Positions 27,703-37,861 are shown, counted from the first letter of the stretch. The stretch is 64,000 bases of DNA from Candidatus Heimdallarchaeota archaeon (GCA_011364965.1 RDOB01000008.1:55468-119467), one strand, 5' to 3'. Translations and numbers: made by a program. Notes: generated from the sequence alone by a model not told the origin.

Positions 27703-28635
27703 ATGACTGCAGAAGATAAAAATATTAGAATTTTAGTTTTAGGAGGAACAGGCCATTATGGACAGCATATCGTTAGGGCTTTACTAGCCAAAGAAGTAGC
27801 TGTTCGGGTTTTGTCTCGTAATAAAGAAAAAGCGTTGAAAATTCTTGGAGAAAATTATAACCTTGAAATCATTGAGGGGGATATTCTCAATGAAGAGATG
27901 GTTCGTAAAAGCTTAGAGAGGGTTACAGCAATAATTATTGCAATTTCTGCATTTAATAGAAAATCCATTCGTCAATTACGTTTAATAGAGAGAGACGCGG
28001 TTCTCAATCTTTTTCAACTAGCAAGAGGAGCCAAGATCAATCGAATTGTGTACATCTCTGTGTACGAAAAACCTGTACCTGAAACAAAAATGGAAACAGG
28101 TAGAATAAAACTTGAAGTAGAGGATACATTAGAACGTTCTACCTTCGATTACACCATACTTGGAGCTCCACCTTCAATTGAAATATTCTTTTCATTGATT
28201 CGAGGAGGTACTCTGCGAGTTCCAGGAGGAGGCCCATCTGCATTACCAAACATTTCTCCTATTGATCTTGGAGAAATTGCAGCTCAAGCTGCTCTTCGCT
28301 CAAATTTACCCCAAAAGCGATATCGATTGACAAGTCCATCAGCACCTTCCTTTCCTGAAGCAGCAAGACGAATTTCTGATGAAATAGGACGAAACATTCC
28401 CTTTAGGAAAATTCCTCTCTTTCCATTCAAGATAATAGCTAAGCTAGCAGGTTTCTTAAAACCAGTAATGCCCTATACAGCCCAGTTACTCCCTTTCATT
28501 CTCTTACTTAATGATTTTGAATCCGAGGTTAAATTACAGACAATTACCGATTATCAAATCCTTCAAGAAACTTTTAACTTCGTTCCTCACACTTTGGAAG
28601 ATCATGCCAAGCTCTGGGCTGAAAGAGGCAATTAA
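27703..28635 (+). CDS. NAD(P)H-binding atypical SDR (NmrA-like)
   Basis: ILVLGGTGHYG, VRVLSR, GDIL, RIVYIS. Confidence 0.9.
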   Translation: MTAEDKNIRILVLGGTGHYGQHIVRALLAKEVAVRVLSRNKEKALKILGENYNLEIIEGDILNEEMVRKSLERVTAIIIAISAFNRKSIRQLRLIERDAVLNLFQLARGAKINRIVYISVYEKPVPETKMETGRIKLEVEDTLERSTFDYTILGAPPSIEIFFSLIRGGTLRVPGGGPSALPNISPIDLGEIAAQAALRSNLPQKRYRLTSPSAPSFPEAARRISDEIGRNIPFRKIPLFPFKIIAKLAGFLKPVMPYTAQLLPFILLLNDFESEVKLQTITDYQILQETFNFVPHTLEDHAKLWAERGN

Positions 28636-29196
28636 AGTTAATAATTCTTCTATTTTTCTGAAATTTTCATGCATTCACAAGCATATGGGATTTTTGGGTT
28701 GTATTCTTTCAGATATGAATGTTCAGAAGAAAAATTAACCAATTTTTTTAATTTTTTGAATATTTATTAGAAGAATTTATTTTTAGAAAGTTCTTTTCCA
28801 TTAATGAGGATTTAAGCGGTTTTACATGTCACATTAGGTACCTTTCGATCCATTTCTCCCCTGTTACTCAATTTCTATTATCGTACACCGATAAAGTGAA
28901 TTTATCTTTTTCCTTATATGATTAAATTATTACTTATCCCCTTTTCGCAGAAGCTTTCGATGAAGAAGATAAGAATTGGAAAAAAGGTGAGAATTCTCGT
29001 TAAATGGAGTTCTCGATGCCCTTAAGCTTGAATGAGTAAAAAAGGGTTGTTTTCAATTTTGTTTCTCGTTGTTTCTTACTTTATAATGCGACCTAGTAAC
29101 TTTATCCGAACTAATTATCGAGTAAACTTCAAATAGATTTATTACAATATCATCATGTAATTAAGCGGATACCATGTTTTTACCGAGCTGAATAGA

Positions 29197-32100
29197 TTGC
29201 TTTATTGTAAAGTCGACAAAAAGCGTTCTCTCATGTTTACGTGTCTCTTATTTAGCGTCATAGCGCTCTCTTTCTTTACTTTATTTAATAATATATCATT
29301 AATTAACAACCCAACTATTTTTTCTGCTCCTTCGACTCTATCAGATACTACTGATACACAAAATTGGGAGAACCTTAAGAATTTTCCTCTATTTTCAGTT
29401 CAACCTTTTCAAAAGCCTCAAATTCTATTTATAGTAGATGATTCTCAGACTTTAAGCCCAGAGAGAGATATTTCATTCTTCAATTTTATGAGTACAACAT
29501 TAAATTATAATGTTACTTATCATGATGCGAATAATTCCTATCAGTATGGAAATTTTGACGCTATTGTCATTTCAAGCTCCGTTGGAGAAGCTGCAGCAAC
29601 AATTAGTTCATTAATAAACGCAGAAATTCCAATTCTAACAATGCAAGGAGGACATTATGATGAATTCAAGCTAGGAGATTTCTATAGTATCAAAGATACA
29701 TCAAAATTCTACATTTATGATGGAGATCATTATGTATCTGAAAACCTTAATGCTAAATCCATATTTGCTGTTTATAATGACGAAATGCCTGTAAGCTATA
29801 TTCAAAATTATAATCCCATTCCAGTAGGTGTAGAAATTAATCTTATTGCAGTTCGATCTGATAAACAAGGGAATTTTTATTGGCCAAGTGACGCTACATG
29901 GGTAGTCCTAGATAAGGGAAAAAGTGCATGGGATTTTTCATTAGCTCCAGAACGGAGAGCTTTTTGGGGAGCAGGATGGGGTTCTTCAATGTCATCTAAT
30001 GGATGGAATAACTGGAATAGAACCTTAAGTTGGTTATTGTACAATGAGATTCCTGGAAATGCCACGATTAATGTTGAGGTAACAGACTTAGATGAAAAAT
30101 TGGTTTCTGATGCGCGTGTGATTCTAACAAATTCGAAAAATCAAAAATATTTCTGGATTCAAAATACAACCAGCTTAGGCTTAGCAACATTCAATGATAT
30201 TCCCTTTGGATACTATAATATCACTATAGAATATGAAGATACAATCAATACCGAACTACAGCTTCTAGAGGTCGCAGGAGAACGTACTTTTGATATCGAA
30301 CCTGATTTGTATTATTCTGTACAAATAGCAGAATATAGTGATAATACACCCCCAATGATTCTGGATGTCCAATTTATAACGAAAAATAGTACATTTTTGA
30401 CAAATGTATATGATGAAAGCACAATTTCTTCAGTTAATCTGAGTTTAATGATAAGAAACTCTACAGATGAAGAAATTTTACGAGATTCATCCTATTTTAT
30501 GGTTTCATTGAATGGATTTCATTATTTCAACGATACAGCATTAATAGGAATTCCAAATTCAGGAATTAATGTTGTTTATAATATATCAGCAATTGATGTC
30601 GCAGGGAATATAAAAGTCTCAAATAACCTCTTTTTTACCTTAGGAGATACTACTGCTCCAATAGTTCATGATTATAATGTATCAGATCATGAAGATGGTT
30701 CTTTACTTTTTTATGCAAATGTAACGGATGAAGAAAGCCTTGTTCAACAAGTTGTATTACGAATTAATAATTCTTATTATTATATGTCATTAAATTCCTC
30801 TGGTTTTTGGATTTTCGAAACTTTTGCTTATTACAATATATTATTGAATTATTCTATCCACGCAGCTATTGATAGTGTGGGAAATGAAAATAATGATACA
30901 ATCCATCCGAAATATGGTCTGGTTATTCCCCAGGATTCATTTAATCCAATTATATACGATCTAAGCCATAATTTAACAGAGGATCATGAAAAAGGATTTG
31001 TGGTTTTTCATGCCACAGTGGAAGAAACAAATATTTTTCAAAGTGGAGTAGATCGTAGTAGCATTATGATTCTTCTCTCAATCTATAATGGTACTTGGGA
31101 AAATACTTCTTGGCCACTGTATGCTATTGGAGAAATTACTTATGAATTTGAATACACATTCAACTTCAACGATACCGTGGTTTATCGAATAATGGCAGCT
31201 GATAATGCGGGTAATATTAATTGGGGATATGAGCATATCGCTGTAATTGGAGATAATAGTATGCCCCAAATAAGTTTTGATGCTCACGAATTTGGCAACG
31301 GATCAGTTCAGTTCACTTCTACTGTTGTAGATTGGCCAAATAATGAAACAGAAGTCACGCTTTATTATACACAGGATTATTTTGGGACTTGGGATAGTTC
31401 CTCAATGATACTGGTTGATGACAATACATACATTGAATTAATTCACAATTTTGATTATAGACTTCAGTATGTTTGGTTTTATGCCACAGCTATTGATGCT
31501 GCATCAAATCTTGTTGAAATTACTCCTGATCTATATCAAAAAACCGAGTTGAGTGATACAATCAGTCCAGAGGTTTATTTCGTCATAGAAAATTCAACCA
31601 CGATCGATGGAAAAATAAAAATTACTTCTTGGGCGATAGATCCTTATGGGGATACTCGGGATATAAATAACACATTTTACATTTCTTTTACTCAACAAGG
31701 AACCACCACACAATTTGAAATGATCTATGACTCATTTTATTTTTATAATTTTGATCATATCTTTAATTTTGGGGAAGAAATTAGTATTGAAGTATGGACT
31801 ATAGATAATGCAGGTAATATGGGTATAAAAAATCGATCATTTATAATAGGAGATTTCTCAGCTCCCAAGATTATCAACATGGGAATTGATGAATATCAAA
31901 ATGGCACAGTAACATTTTGGGCTGAAGTAATTGAATACGCTTCGGGAAGTGGACTTCCAAGCGATCAATCATCAGTACGACTTGAATATGTCTTTATCTC
32001 AAAATATAACATTACAATGACAAAGAATATGTTAGAGAACCTCTATACGTATACCGTTTCAGGCTTTGTTCCTGGTAATGCGTTTAACTATCGAATTAGT

Positions 32101-33600
32101 GCTTTTGATAACTGTAATAATACTGCGATTACAAATTGGAATATGGAAATTATTGAAGATGCCTCACCACCGATAATTTATGAATTTGGATATTATGAAA
32201 CTCTTATTAATCATTCATTCACTCAGTTAGATTTCTGGGTAAAAGCTGAAGATAATTTTGGTCCAATTGTTCGCGCAGACATCACAATTAATTACTTGGA
32301 TGGAATCTCTTGGGTAGATATTAATGGCGTGATGGAGATTACAGGAGAAGAATATGTATATTCAATCAGTTTACATTGCAATTGTACTTTTAATTATTCA
32401 ATCCATATTTATGACGCAAAGCCGAATTTAGTGGAGATAGGAGATTCTAGCTTGAGAACATACTGGGGACCGGTTATTATTGAATCGAAAATTATACAAA
32501 GAGGAAAGAATGAGATACTGATATGGGCAAACATCACAGACTGGGGATCAGGAGTAGGAGAAGTTATTCTGGAATATAACTACGAAACTCAAGGAAATGG
32601 AGGCGGTAAGGGAGCTGAACTTCAAATAGAGACAATACCCATGGCTTACAATGGGAGTTTATTTATTGCTACATTACAATTTTCTGAAAGTGGAACGATT
32701 TTATGGACAATAATTGCTAGGGATGGATCAAACACGTTGATAACCTCCTATTCTGCTCCACAGCCGTTCTTTGTTTCTTTACCTCTACAAACAATAACCT
32801 GGGAAGAAGTTTTACCTATAATTATTGGAGGAGTAAGCATCCCTCTAATAATTGTTTTAGCTGTTGTTGGTATTCGACGTAAGCAACAACGCAAAGCGCT
32901 GGCCAAGAAACAAAGAGATAAAGAAATAGCTCAACAATTTTCTGATATATTGAGTATTAGATCAATCATTTGCCGAAATAAATTTGGATTACCCTTTTAC
33001 ACAGAGAATTTTATAACTCAGACTCAAGATTTGGATTTAACAGCGGGATTAACCTCAGCAGTCAGTAATCTTGTTACAGAAGTATCTCAACGAGCTTTGA
33101 AAAAAGGAGAATTCGACCTTCTGGAAAGAGAAGGCTTTAGCATCTTATCCCATCACGGTGAGTATTCTACTATTAGTATAGTATCAGAAGGAAGACTAAG
33201 TCCTTATATGAAAGGGAAAATTGTGCAGTTGCACGATACAATCGAAGTACGATATGATCAAGAAAATCTAAATGATCCATCAATGGGGGAGTACCCAGAA
33301 GAATTTCGAGGATTGATCTATAAATATTTGAATGTTGGACTATTAAGCAAATTAACACTTGATGTCAAGCGTTTGCAAGAGAAAGAAAAACAATTCAGTG
33401 AAAATGAACGAAAACAATTATATTACTTGACAGAACACCTTCCAAAGCAACAGAATGTTCAAATCGCATTTTATATAACAACTTTTACTTCTTCCCTCAC
33501 GAGTAAAGGAATTTCGCTCGTTAAAGCCTATAAGCTTCTGGAGAAATGCTTCCGTTTGAAAATTATTTATCCGATATCACTCGAACCAAGACTTAATTAA
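29197..33600 (+). CDS. Large single-pass membrane protein: extracellular Ig-like repeats, TM helix, cytoplasmic longin-like domain
   Basis: N-terminal signal; about 7-8 repeats opening D-x-x-x-P-x-I and many closing (A)-x-D-x-A-G-N; TM at ~32800-32880 followed by RRKQQRK; cytoplasmic GLPFY...DLTAGLTSAVSNLVTEV...HGEYSTISIVSE. Confidence 0.85.
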   Translation: MLYCKVDKKRSLMFTCLLFSVIALSFFTLFNNISLINNPTIFSAPSTLSDTTDTQNWENLKNFPLFSVQPFQKPQILFIVDDSQTLSPERDISFFNFMSTTLNYNVTYHDANNSYQYGNFDAIVISSSVGEAAATISSLINAEIPILTMQGGHYDEFKLGDFYSIKDTSKFYIYDGDHYVSENLNAKSIFAVYNDEMPVSYIQNYNPIPVGVEINLIAVRSDKQGNFYWPSDATWVVLDKGKSAWDFSLAPERRAFWGAGWGSSMSSNGWNNWNRTLSWLLYNEIPGNATINVEVTDLDEKLVSDARVILTNSKNQKYFWIQNTTSLGLATFNDIPFGYYNITIEYEDTINTELQLLEVAGERTFDIEPDLYYSVQIAEYSDNTPPMILDVQFITKNSTFLTNVYDESTISSVNLSLMIRNSTDEEILRDSSYFMVSLNGFHYFNDTALIGIPNSGINVVYNISAIDVAGNIKVSNNLFFTLGDTTAPIVHDYNVSDHEDGSLLFYANVTDEESLVQQVVLRINNSYYYMSLNSSGFWIFETFAYYNILLNYSIHAAIDSVGNENNDTIHPKYGLVIPQDSFNPIIYDLSHNLTEDHEKGFVVFHATVEETNIFQSGVDRSSIMILLSIYNGTWENTSWPLYAIGEITYEFEYTFNFNDTVVYRIMAADNAGNINWGYEHIAVIGDNSMPQISFDAHEFGNGSVQFTSTVVDWPNNETEVTLYYTQDYFGTWDSSSMILVDDNTYIELIHNFDYRLQYVWFYATAIDAASNLVEITPDLYQKTELSDTISPEVYFVIENSTTIDGKIKITSWAIDPYGDTRDINNTFYISFTQQGTTTQFEMIYDSFYFYNFDHIFNFGEEISIEVWTIDNAGNMGIKNRSFIIGDFSAPKIINMGIDEYQNGTVTFWAEVIEYASGSGLPSDQSSVRLEYVFISKYNITMTKNMLENLYTYTVSGFVPGNAFNYRISAFDNCNNTAITNWNMEIIEDASPPIIYEFGYYETLINHSFTQLDFWVKAEDNFGPIVRADITINYLDGISWVDINGVMEITGEEYVYSISLHCNCTFNYSIHIYDAKPNLVEIGDSSLRTYWGPVIIESKIIQRGKNEILIWANITDWGSGVGEVILEYNYETQGNGGGKGAELQIETIPMAYNGSLFIATLQFSESGTILWTIIARDGSNTLITSYSAPQPFFVSLPLQTITWEEVLPIIIGGVSIPLIIVLAVVGIRRKQQRKALAKKQRDKEIAQQFSDILSIRSIICRNKFGLPFYTENFITQTQDLDLTAGLTSAVSNLVTEVSQRALKKGEFDLLEREGFSILSHHGEYSTISIVSEGRLSPYMKGKIVQLHDTIEVRYDQENLNDPSMGEYPEEFRGLIYKYLNVGLLSKLTLDVKRLQEKEKQFSENERKQLYYLTEHLPKQQNVQIAFYITTFTSSLTSKGISLVKAYKLLEKCFRLKIIYPISLEPRLN

Positions 33601-33623
33601 TTCATGACAAAAGGAAGATTGAA

Positions 33624-34712
33624 TTAGGAATTCCTTCTAGGAAAAATTCCAAATGTCCTCCCAATTTCTAGACTATATGCAATGGAATGGTTTGTAATTA
33701 TACCTAATAGATTGCAGGGAGCCTCGGTGCTAACAACTGGGATTAGTCGCGTCCGTTCTTTCATCATGATTTTATAAGCATCAAAAGCTGAATTCTCTGA
33801 CATAATTGATAGTGGCTTAATGTGTAAATCCCCCACACGTGTAATTTGACGGGCTTCTGGAGGAATTTTAAGAAGCTGGTCCCAAGTTACAACTCCAAGA
33901 AGTGAATTTTCGGTGCAAATAACCAAATCTTTAACTTGAGCTTGAAACATTAAATCTAATGCCTGAGACAATTGCATATTTGGAGAAACAGTCAACACAT
34001 TTTCTCGATCTAGCATAACATCACCCACGCGTAGAGGCTTTAAAATACTTGAAATTCGAGCTGTGTACACTTCTTGGGAGGCTCCGAGATAAATAAATAC
34101 ACCAATAACAGTCAACCAAAAATTTCCCAAAAATCCAGAGAATATCATGAGTAGAGCAAAAAATCGTCCAATTGTTGCTGCATTTTCAGTAGCTAAAACA
34201 AAATCCTTTCGAAAATAAGTAAGAAAAGCTCGTAATACCCGACCACCATCCATAGGGAAAGCAGGAATGAGATTGAAGCCAGCTAAAACAAGATTTAGAA
34301 CCCCCACGTCAAAAAATACAAAACCAGTCCATACAAATAATGGAATAGTCGAAAATGAAAGTGGATAGATAAAATGTATACCTAAAGCTAAGAGTCCGAT
34401 AATAATACTAGTGAATGGACCAATTAAAGCAATCCTTGCCTCAACTCTAGGATTTTCAGGAATGTCTTCAATTTGCGCTGCGCCTCCAATTGGATACAAA
34501 ATAATTTTCCTAACTGGTATATTGTAGTGTTGAGCCATGATTGAATGGGCTAATTCATGGAGAACAACCGATAAAAACAGAATCCCAAATAAAAGTGTGG
34601 GATATATAACTGGATAAGTCAAAATAACCAATAATCCAAGTAATCCAATGAATGTCAAGTGAAGTTCAATTGGAATTCCCCTAATTCGTATAATAGTAAA
34701 TGAGTACTTCAT
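33624..34712 (-). CDS. Site-2 protease (M50) with CBS pair
   Basis: LHELAH, NLIPAFPMDGGR; C-terminal CBS domains. Confidence 0.95.
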   Translation of the reverse strand: MKYSFTIIRIRGIPIELHLTFIGLLGLLVILTYPVIYPTLLFGILFLSVVLHELAHSIMAQHYNIPVRKIILYPIGGAAQIEDIPENPRVEARIALIGPFTSIIIGLLALGIHFIYPLSFSTIPLFVWTGFVFFDVGVLNLVLAGFNLIPAFPMDGGRVLRAFLTYFRKDFVLATENAATIGRFFALLMIFSGFLGNFWLTVIGVFIYLGASQEVYTARISSILKPLRVGDVMLDRENVLTVSPNMQLSQALDLMFQAQVKDLVICTENSLLGVVTWDQLLKIPPEARQITRVGDLHIKPLSIMSENSAFDAYKIMMKERTRLIPVVSTEAPCNLLGIITNHSIAYSLEIGRTFGIFPRRNS

Positions 34713-34882
34713 ATATCTTCAATTAATAATTTGGTTTGAAAACCAATAAATTTGCCTCTAACATTGTCGTAAGGCAGTCATAATAAAAAAACGAATATTA
34801 AAAAAAGGACTTGATTTATAAGCTTCTAAAATATCTATATTTAATCCATCTTTTTGCCAAATAAGGAAGCTGCAATACCAAA

Positions 34883-35342
34883 TTGAGTCGATTGAATCCC
34901 AATAAACTCCATGTCACCATTCTTACCCCAACGACAGCCAACTTACTAATTATACCCCGATGTTATACATTAACCCATTCAGATCGGACAGGAGATTTAT
35001 TCTTAACTATAGCCCCTGATTTCAATAAAAAACAACTCAGAGGGTGGCAAACCCGAATAATGCAGGATGAAGTTCTAGCAGAATGGGTGAACACCGAAAA
35101 AAAATATTCACTTCATATCTATTGCCAAATTAGTGGTAGAATCGCGGGATTGAAGTTTCGAGACAGAATCTTTCGACAGGAATTACCCCTAGTTTTAGAA
35201 TGTTTTCGATTTGGTGATCAGGGATTATATCAAACTCACCCCTTCCTTGATAGAACTCAGATCTGGGTTCACTTCAATTCAAAAAAACGAAAAATTCAAT
35301 AAAATTGAAACATAGGGGTATCTACAAGACTATAAAAGATAA
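34883..35342 (+). pseudogene. STAY-GREEN (SGR / Mg-dechelatase-like) family gene with disrupted C-terminus
   Basis: LNPNKLHV, PRCYTLTHSD.TG.LFLTI, DEVLAEW, IF.QELPLVL..F.FGD, IWVHF.S; the ORF stops at 35302 after an A7 run, and the +1 frame gives NEKFNKIET*GYLQDYKR*. Confidence 0.8.
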
Positions 35343-35389
35343 CTCGAAATTGAATTAACTCAGAGTGGAAAAACAGGGAGAGAAAAGAA

Positions 35390-36094
35390 TTAATTCTTTT
35401 CTCGGAAGGAACGGTGACCTAAAATGATAATTATAGAACAGATTGAAAAAAATGACAATCCAGAAGTTAACTCAGGAGATGTAGTAGTATCAGATTCGTT
35501 TGAGGTAGACGTTAAGGATGTACTTGAGGAAATAGTTGTCTGCGTTGTCTGATAGGTCTCAATTAAAATATTAAATTCTCCTGTATATATTTCATAGAGC
35601 TCAGGAAGGTGTTCCACAGCATAGGTGGTATTGTAATTATCTAAAAGCTTTGCTAGGGCAAGAGGGAAAATTATCGAGTTGGCTACCTCAGTATATGCAA
35701 AGAAATCAAGTTCAAGATAACACTCATTCGCAGAAAAATAATCATTTGCATACCAATCTTGTATATCTCTAAATGGGTTACCAACCATCCAAAAAGCTTG
35801 ATATTGATTAGTTATATCGTAAAAGAAACAAAGAGCAGCTTTGATCTGATAATCGGTTTTATTTATTAGAACTGCAAAAAAAGAAAATGATTCAGTTGCA
35901 TCCATCCGAATAGTGGAGCTGAAGTTATAATTCATCATGAAAGTAAATGTAGATCCACTATGAAAACTATCAATGATTTCAACATCTGATATGACCGTTA
36001 CTGGATTCGAAACTGCAGAGATGGGGAAACAAACACTGAAAGAAAGTATATAGAGAAGAAAACCTATCATTATTTTATTTCGGGTGACATTCAT
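35390..36094 (-). CDS. Secreted surface protein with Ser/Thr-rich stalk and C-terminal TM anchor
   Basis: Signal peptide (IMIGFLLYILSFSVCFPISA), TTQTTISSSTSLTSTS stalk, TSGLSFFSICSIIIILGHRSFREKN end; ATG at 36094 lies 14 nt after the hcp stop. Confidence 0.8.
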   Translation of the reverse strand: MNVTRNKIMIGFLLYILSFSVCFPISAVSNPVTVISDVEIIDSFHSGSTFTFMMNYNFSSTIRMDATESFSFFAVLINKTDYQIKAALCFFYDITNQYQAFWMVGNPFRDIQDWYANDYFSANECYLELDFFAYTEVANSIIFPLALAKLLDNYNTTYAVEHLPELYEIYTGEFNILIETYQTTQTTISSSTSLTSTSNESDTTTSPELTSGLSFFSICSIIIILGHRSFREKN

Positions 36095-36108
36095 CTTCGA
36101 TCCACAGT

Positions 36109-36702
36109 TTAACCGGGTACTCCTCCCCAAGTAGCTTCATATTCAACATCTCCCTTTGCTACTCCCATCTCATCGAATTCCGTATATGTCCATTTAACCT
36201 TTTCATAAACAAAGGAAACCTGTTCGGAGGCAAAAGGATCATTATCAAGGGAAACACTTACATAATTCGAAACAGAGACTACAACTGCATTGGTTAACCT
36301 TATAGTAAGAAAATTCAGACTATTAGGTTCCGCATACACTTTAAAAATAATTTCTAAGATGCCTGTTCCTTTGTCTAAATATTCATACAATTTAGGTGTC
36401 GCTTTATCGACCGCCTTGACAATTCTAAATGGAGTATGAACGATATTACCCGTTGTTCGAGTTTCTAAATCATACAATGCCTTTATTGAATGGGAATAAG
36501 TATAGATTTCAATTGAGCCTTCACGATCCGCAACCTTGCATTCACCATCAATTCCTTCGATCCATAGATTCATACTCAATGGTGACTCTGCTGATAGTGT
36601 TGTCGTGTTTTGAATACTCAAAGCATTATCCAAAAATACCGTACCAATTCCCAAAATGAGAATAGTAGGGATTATAAATTTTGTGACAGTATTATTTTTC
36701 AT
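36109..36702 (-). CDS. hcp: Type VI secretion tube protein Hcp homologue with N-terminal signal/anchor
   Basis: IEGIDGE, REGSIEI..YSH, HTPFRIVKAVDKATPKLYE, LTIRLTNAVVVSV, EQVSFVYEKVKWTY; N-terminal 43 aa contain a hydrophobic helix. Confidence 0.9.
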   Translation of the reverse strand: MKNNTVTKFIIPTILILGIGTVFLDNALSIQNTTTLSAESPLSMNLWIEGIDGECKVADREGSIEIYTYSHSIKALYDLETRTTGNIVHTPFRIVKAVDKATPKLYEYLDKGTGILEIIFKVYAEPNSLNFLTIRLTNAVVVSVSNYVSVSLDNDPFASEQVSFVYEKVKWTYTEFDEMGVAKGDVEYEATWGGVPG

Positions 36703-37013
36703 TCTTTATCTCTCTTTCTGGGGATTTTGAAAAGTCTGATAAAATTAGGGATAAAAGTATAAAGATCTTCCGAAATAAATAGTAGGAAAGTTTTAATGCA
36801 AAAAAGCTGAGGAATAAAGGTACACTCGCAAATATAAAGAAGATCCTTATCAAAGAGTAATTTTGAGTAGAATCGTAATTTCATCCAAGAAATCTCATTA
36901 TGGTTAGTGAAGAAGGGAAAAATCTCTAAAAGAGAAAAAGAGTTAAAAGAATACGCGGAGGATTATTTTAAATCATTTATACTGCCATAATTGATGATTT
37001 GGAGGACAAATCG

Positions 37014-37133
37014 ATGGATTTTGTTAACTTTGGAATTATTAGATGTGGTGCTGCTGCAGGTTTTCACGTAGTAGGAGCAAAAAGCCAGCTGATGGCCTTC
37101 GCGGCAGATCGGTCTGCAAGAGAAAAAAGGTAG
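37014..37133 (+). pseudogene. Internally deleted Gfo/Idh/MocA oxidoreductase remnant
   Basis: GGAGG RBS then MDFVNFGIIRCGAAAGFHV (Rossmann start, G to R) joined directly to a C-terminal-type LMAFAADRSARE. Confidence 0.55.
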
Positions 37134-37177
37134 AAAAAGGCATAGATGAATATGAATAGAAATTGCCTTTCTCTTTC

Positions 37178-37861
37178 TTAATCTCGACGATTTCCGCCAA
37201 AGAGATAGAGGAAAATCACTAGAAGCTCCTTTAAGAGATAGATTATATCATAAAATATCCATAATGCCATAAGAGCTGGAGAGGAGAAAGCTTTGTTCTC
37301 CAACCGAGCAAAATCTATGAACATATAGAGACTAAAAATAATAGCTCCGAATAAGCTAATTAAGAAATAGAACACGGGGTCAGCGCTGGTGATAAAAAGA
37401 CCAAAAATACTAATAATAAGGAAAAGAATAACTAATATCACAATAATTTTTGATAATTGTCCAATTCTTGCATAGGTTTGACCTGAGAAAAGGTAAGCTA
37501 ATAGAACAACTACAGAAGTGACCCCCACAGCGCCTACTACGATCAAGGGGTCGATTGCAAGACCAATCCAAAGTAAAAAAGACAAAGTGATCGAGCTACA
37601 AACAGTAAAAGCATAGAGTAAAAGCGTAGCAGTCGATTCACTAAATTCAGATCGAAATAGTGCAGCAAAGAATAAAATTCCAATAATTAATAATTCACCA
37701 ATTGTTCCTATATAATAAAGGACAATTGGAACACCTAAAAGAAACATCAGACCTACAGTAATGCTAGAAAGAATGAAAGCGATTGCAAGATGTCTATAGG
37801 CTTCTGTTTTGATATTATAATCACTATATTCACGATATTTGTACCCTGAATAATAAGACAT
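37178..37861 (-). CDS. Bax inhibitor-1/YccA family membrane protein
   Basis: 7 TM; IIFSLYMFIDFARL, ALWIFYDIIYL. Confidence 0.8.
   Translation of the reverse strand: MSYYSGYKYREYSDYNIKTEAYRHLAIAFILSSITVGLMFLLGVPIVLYYIGTIGELLIIGILFFAALFRSEFSESTATLLLYAFTVCSSITLSFLLWIGLAIDPLIVVGAVGVTSVVVLLAYLFSGQTYARIGQLSKIIVILVILFLIISIFGLFITSADPVFYFLISLFGAIIFSLYMFIDFARLENKAFSSPALMALWIFYDIIYLLKELLVIFLYLFGGNRRD

Noticed and set aside
28636-29196. Long AT-rich intergenic regions (also 55442-55883 and 59195-59649) as ncRNA or CRISPR
   Set aside because: No regularly spaced repeats, tRNA-like folds or GC-rich stems were seen
29197-34712. Site-2 protease as the processing enzyme for the neighbouring receptor-like protein
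   Set aside because: The genes are convergent and M50-CBS proteases are ubiquitous; adjacency alone is not evidence
35313-35315. Pyrrolysine or amber readthrough in the SGR tail
   Set aside because: The TAG replaces a conserved Trp by one substitution and lies after a frameshift; no pyl genes are in the window
37178-37861. Bax inhibitor-1 as a eukaryotic signature protein
   Set aside because: The YccA/BI-1 family is widespread in prokaryotes
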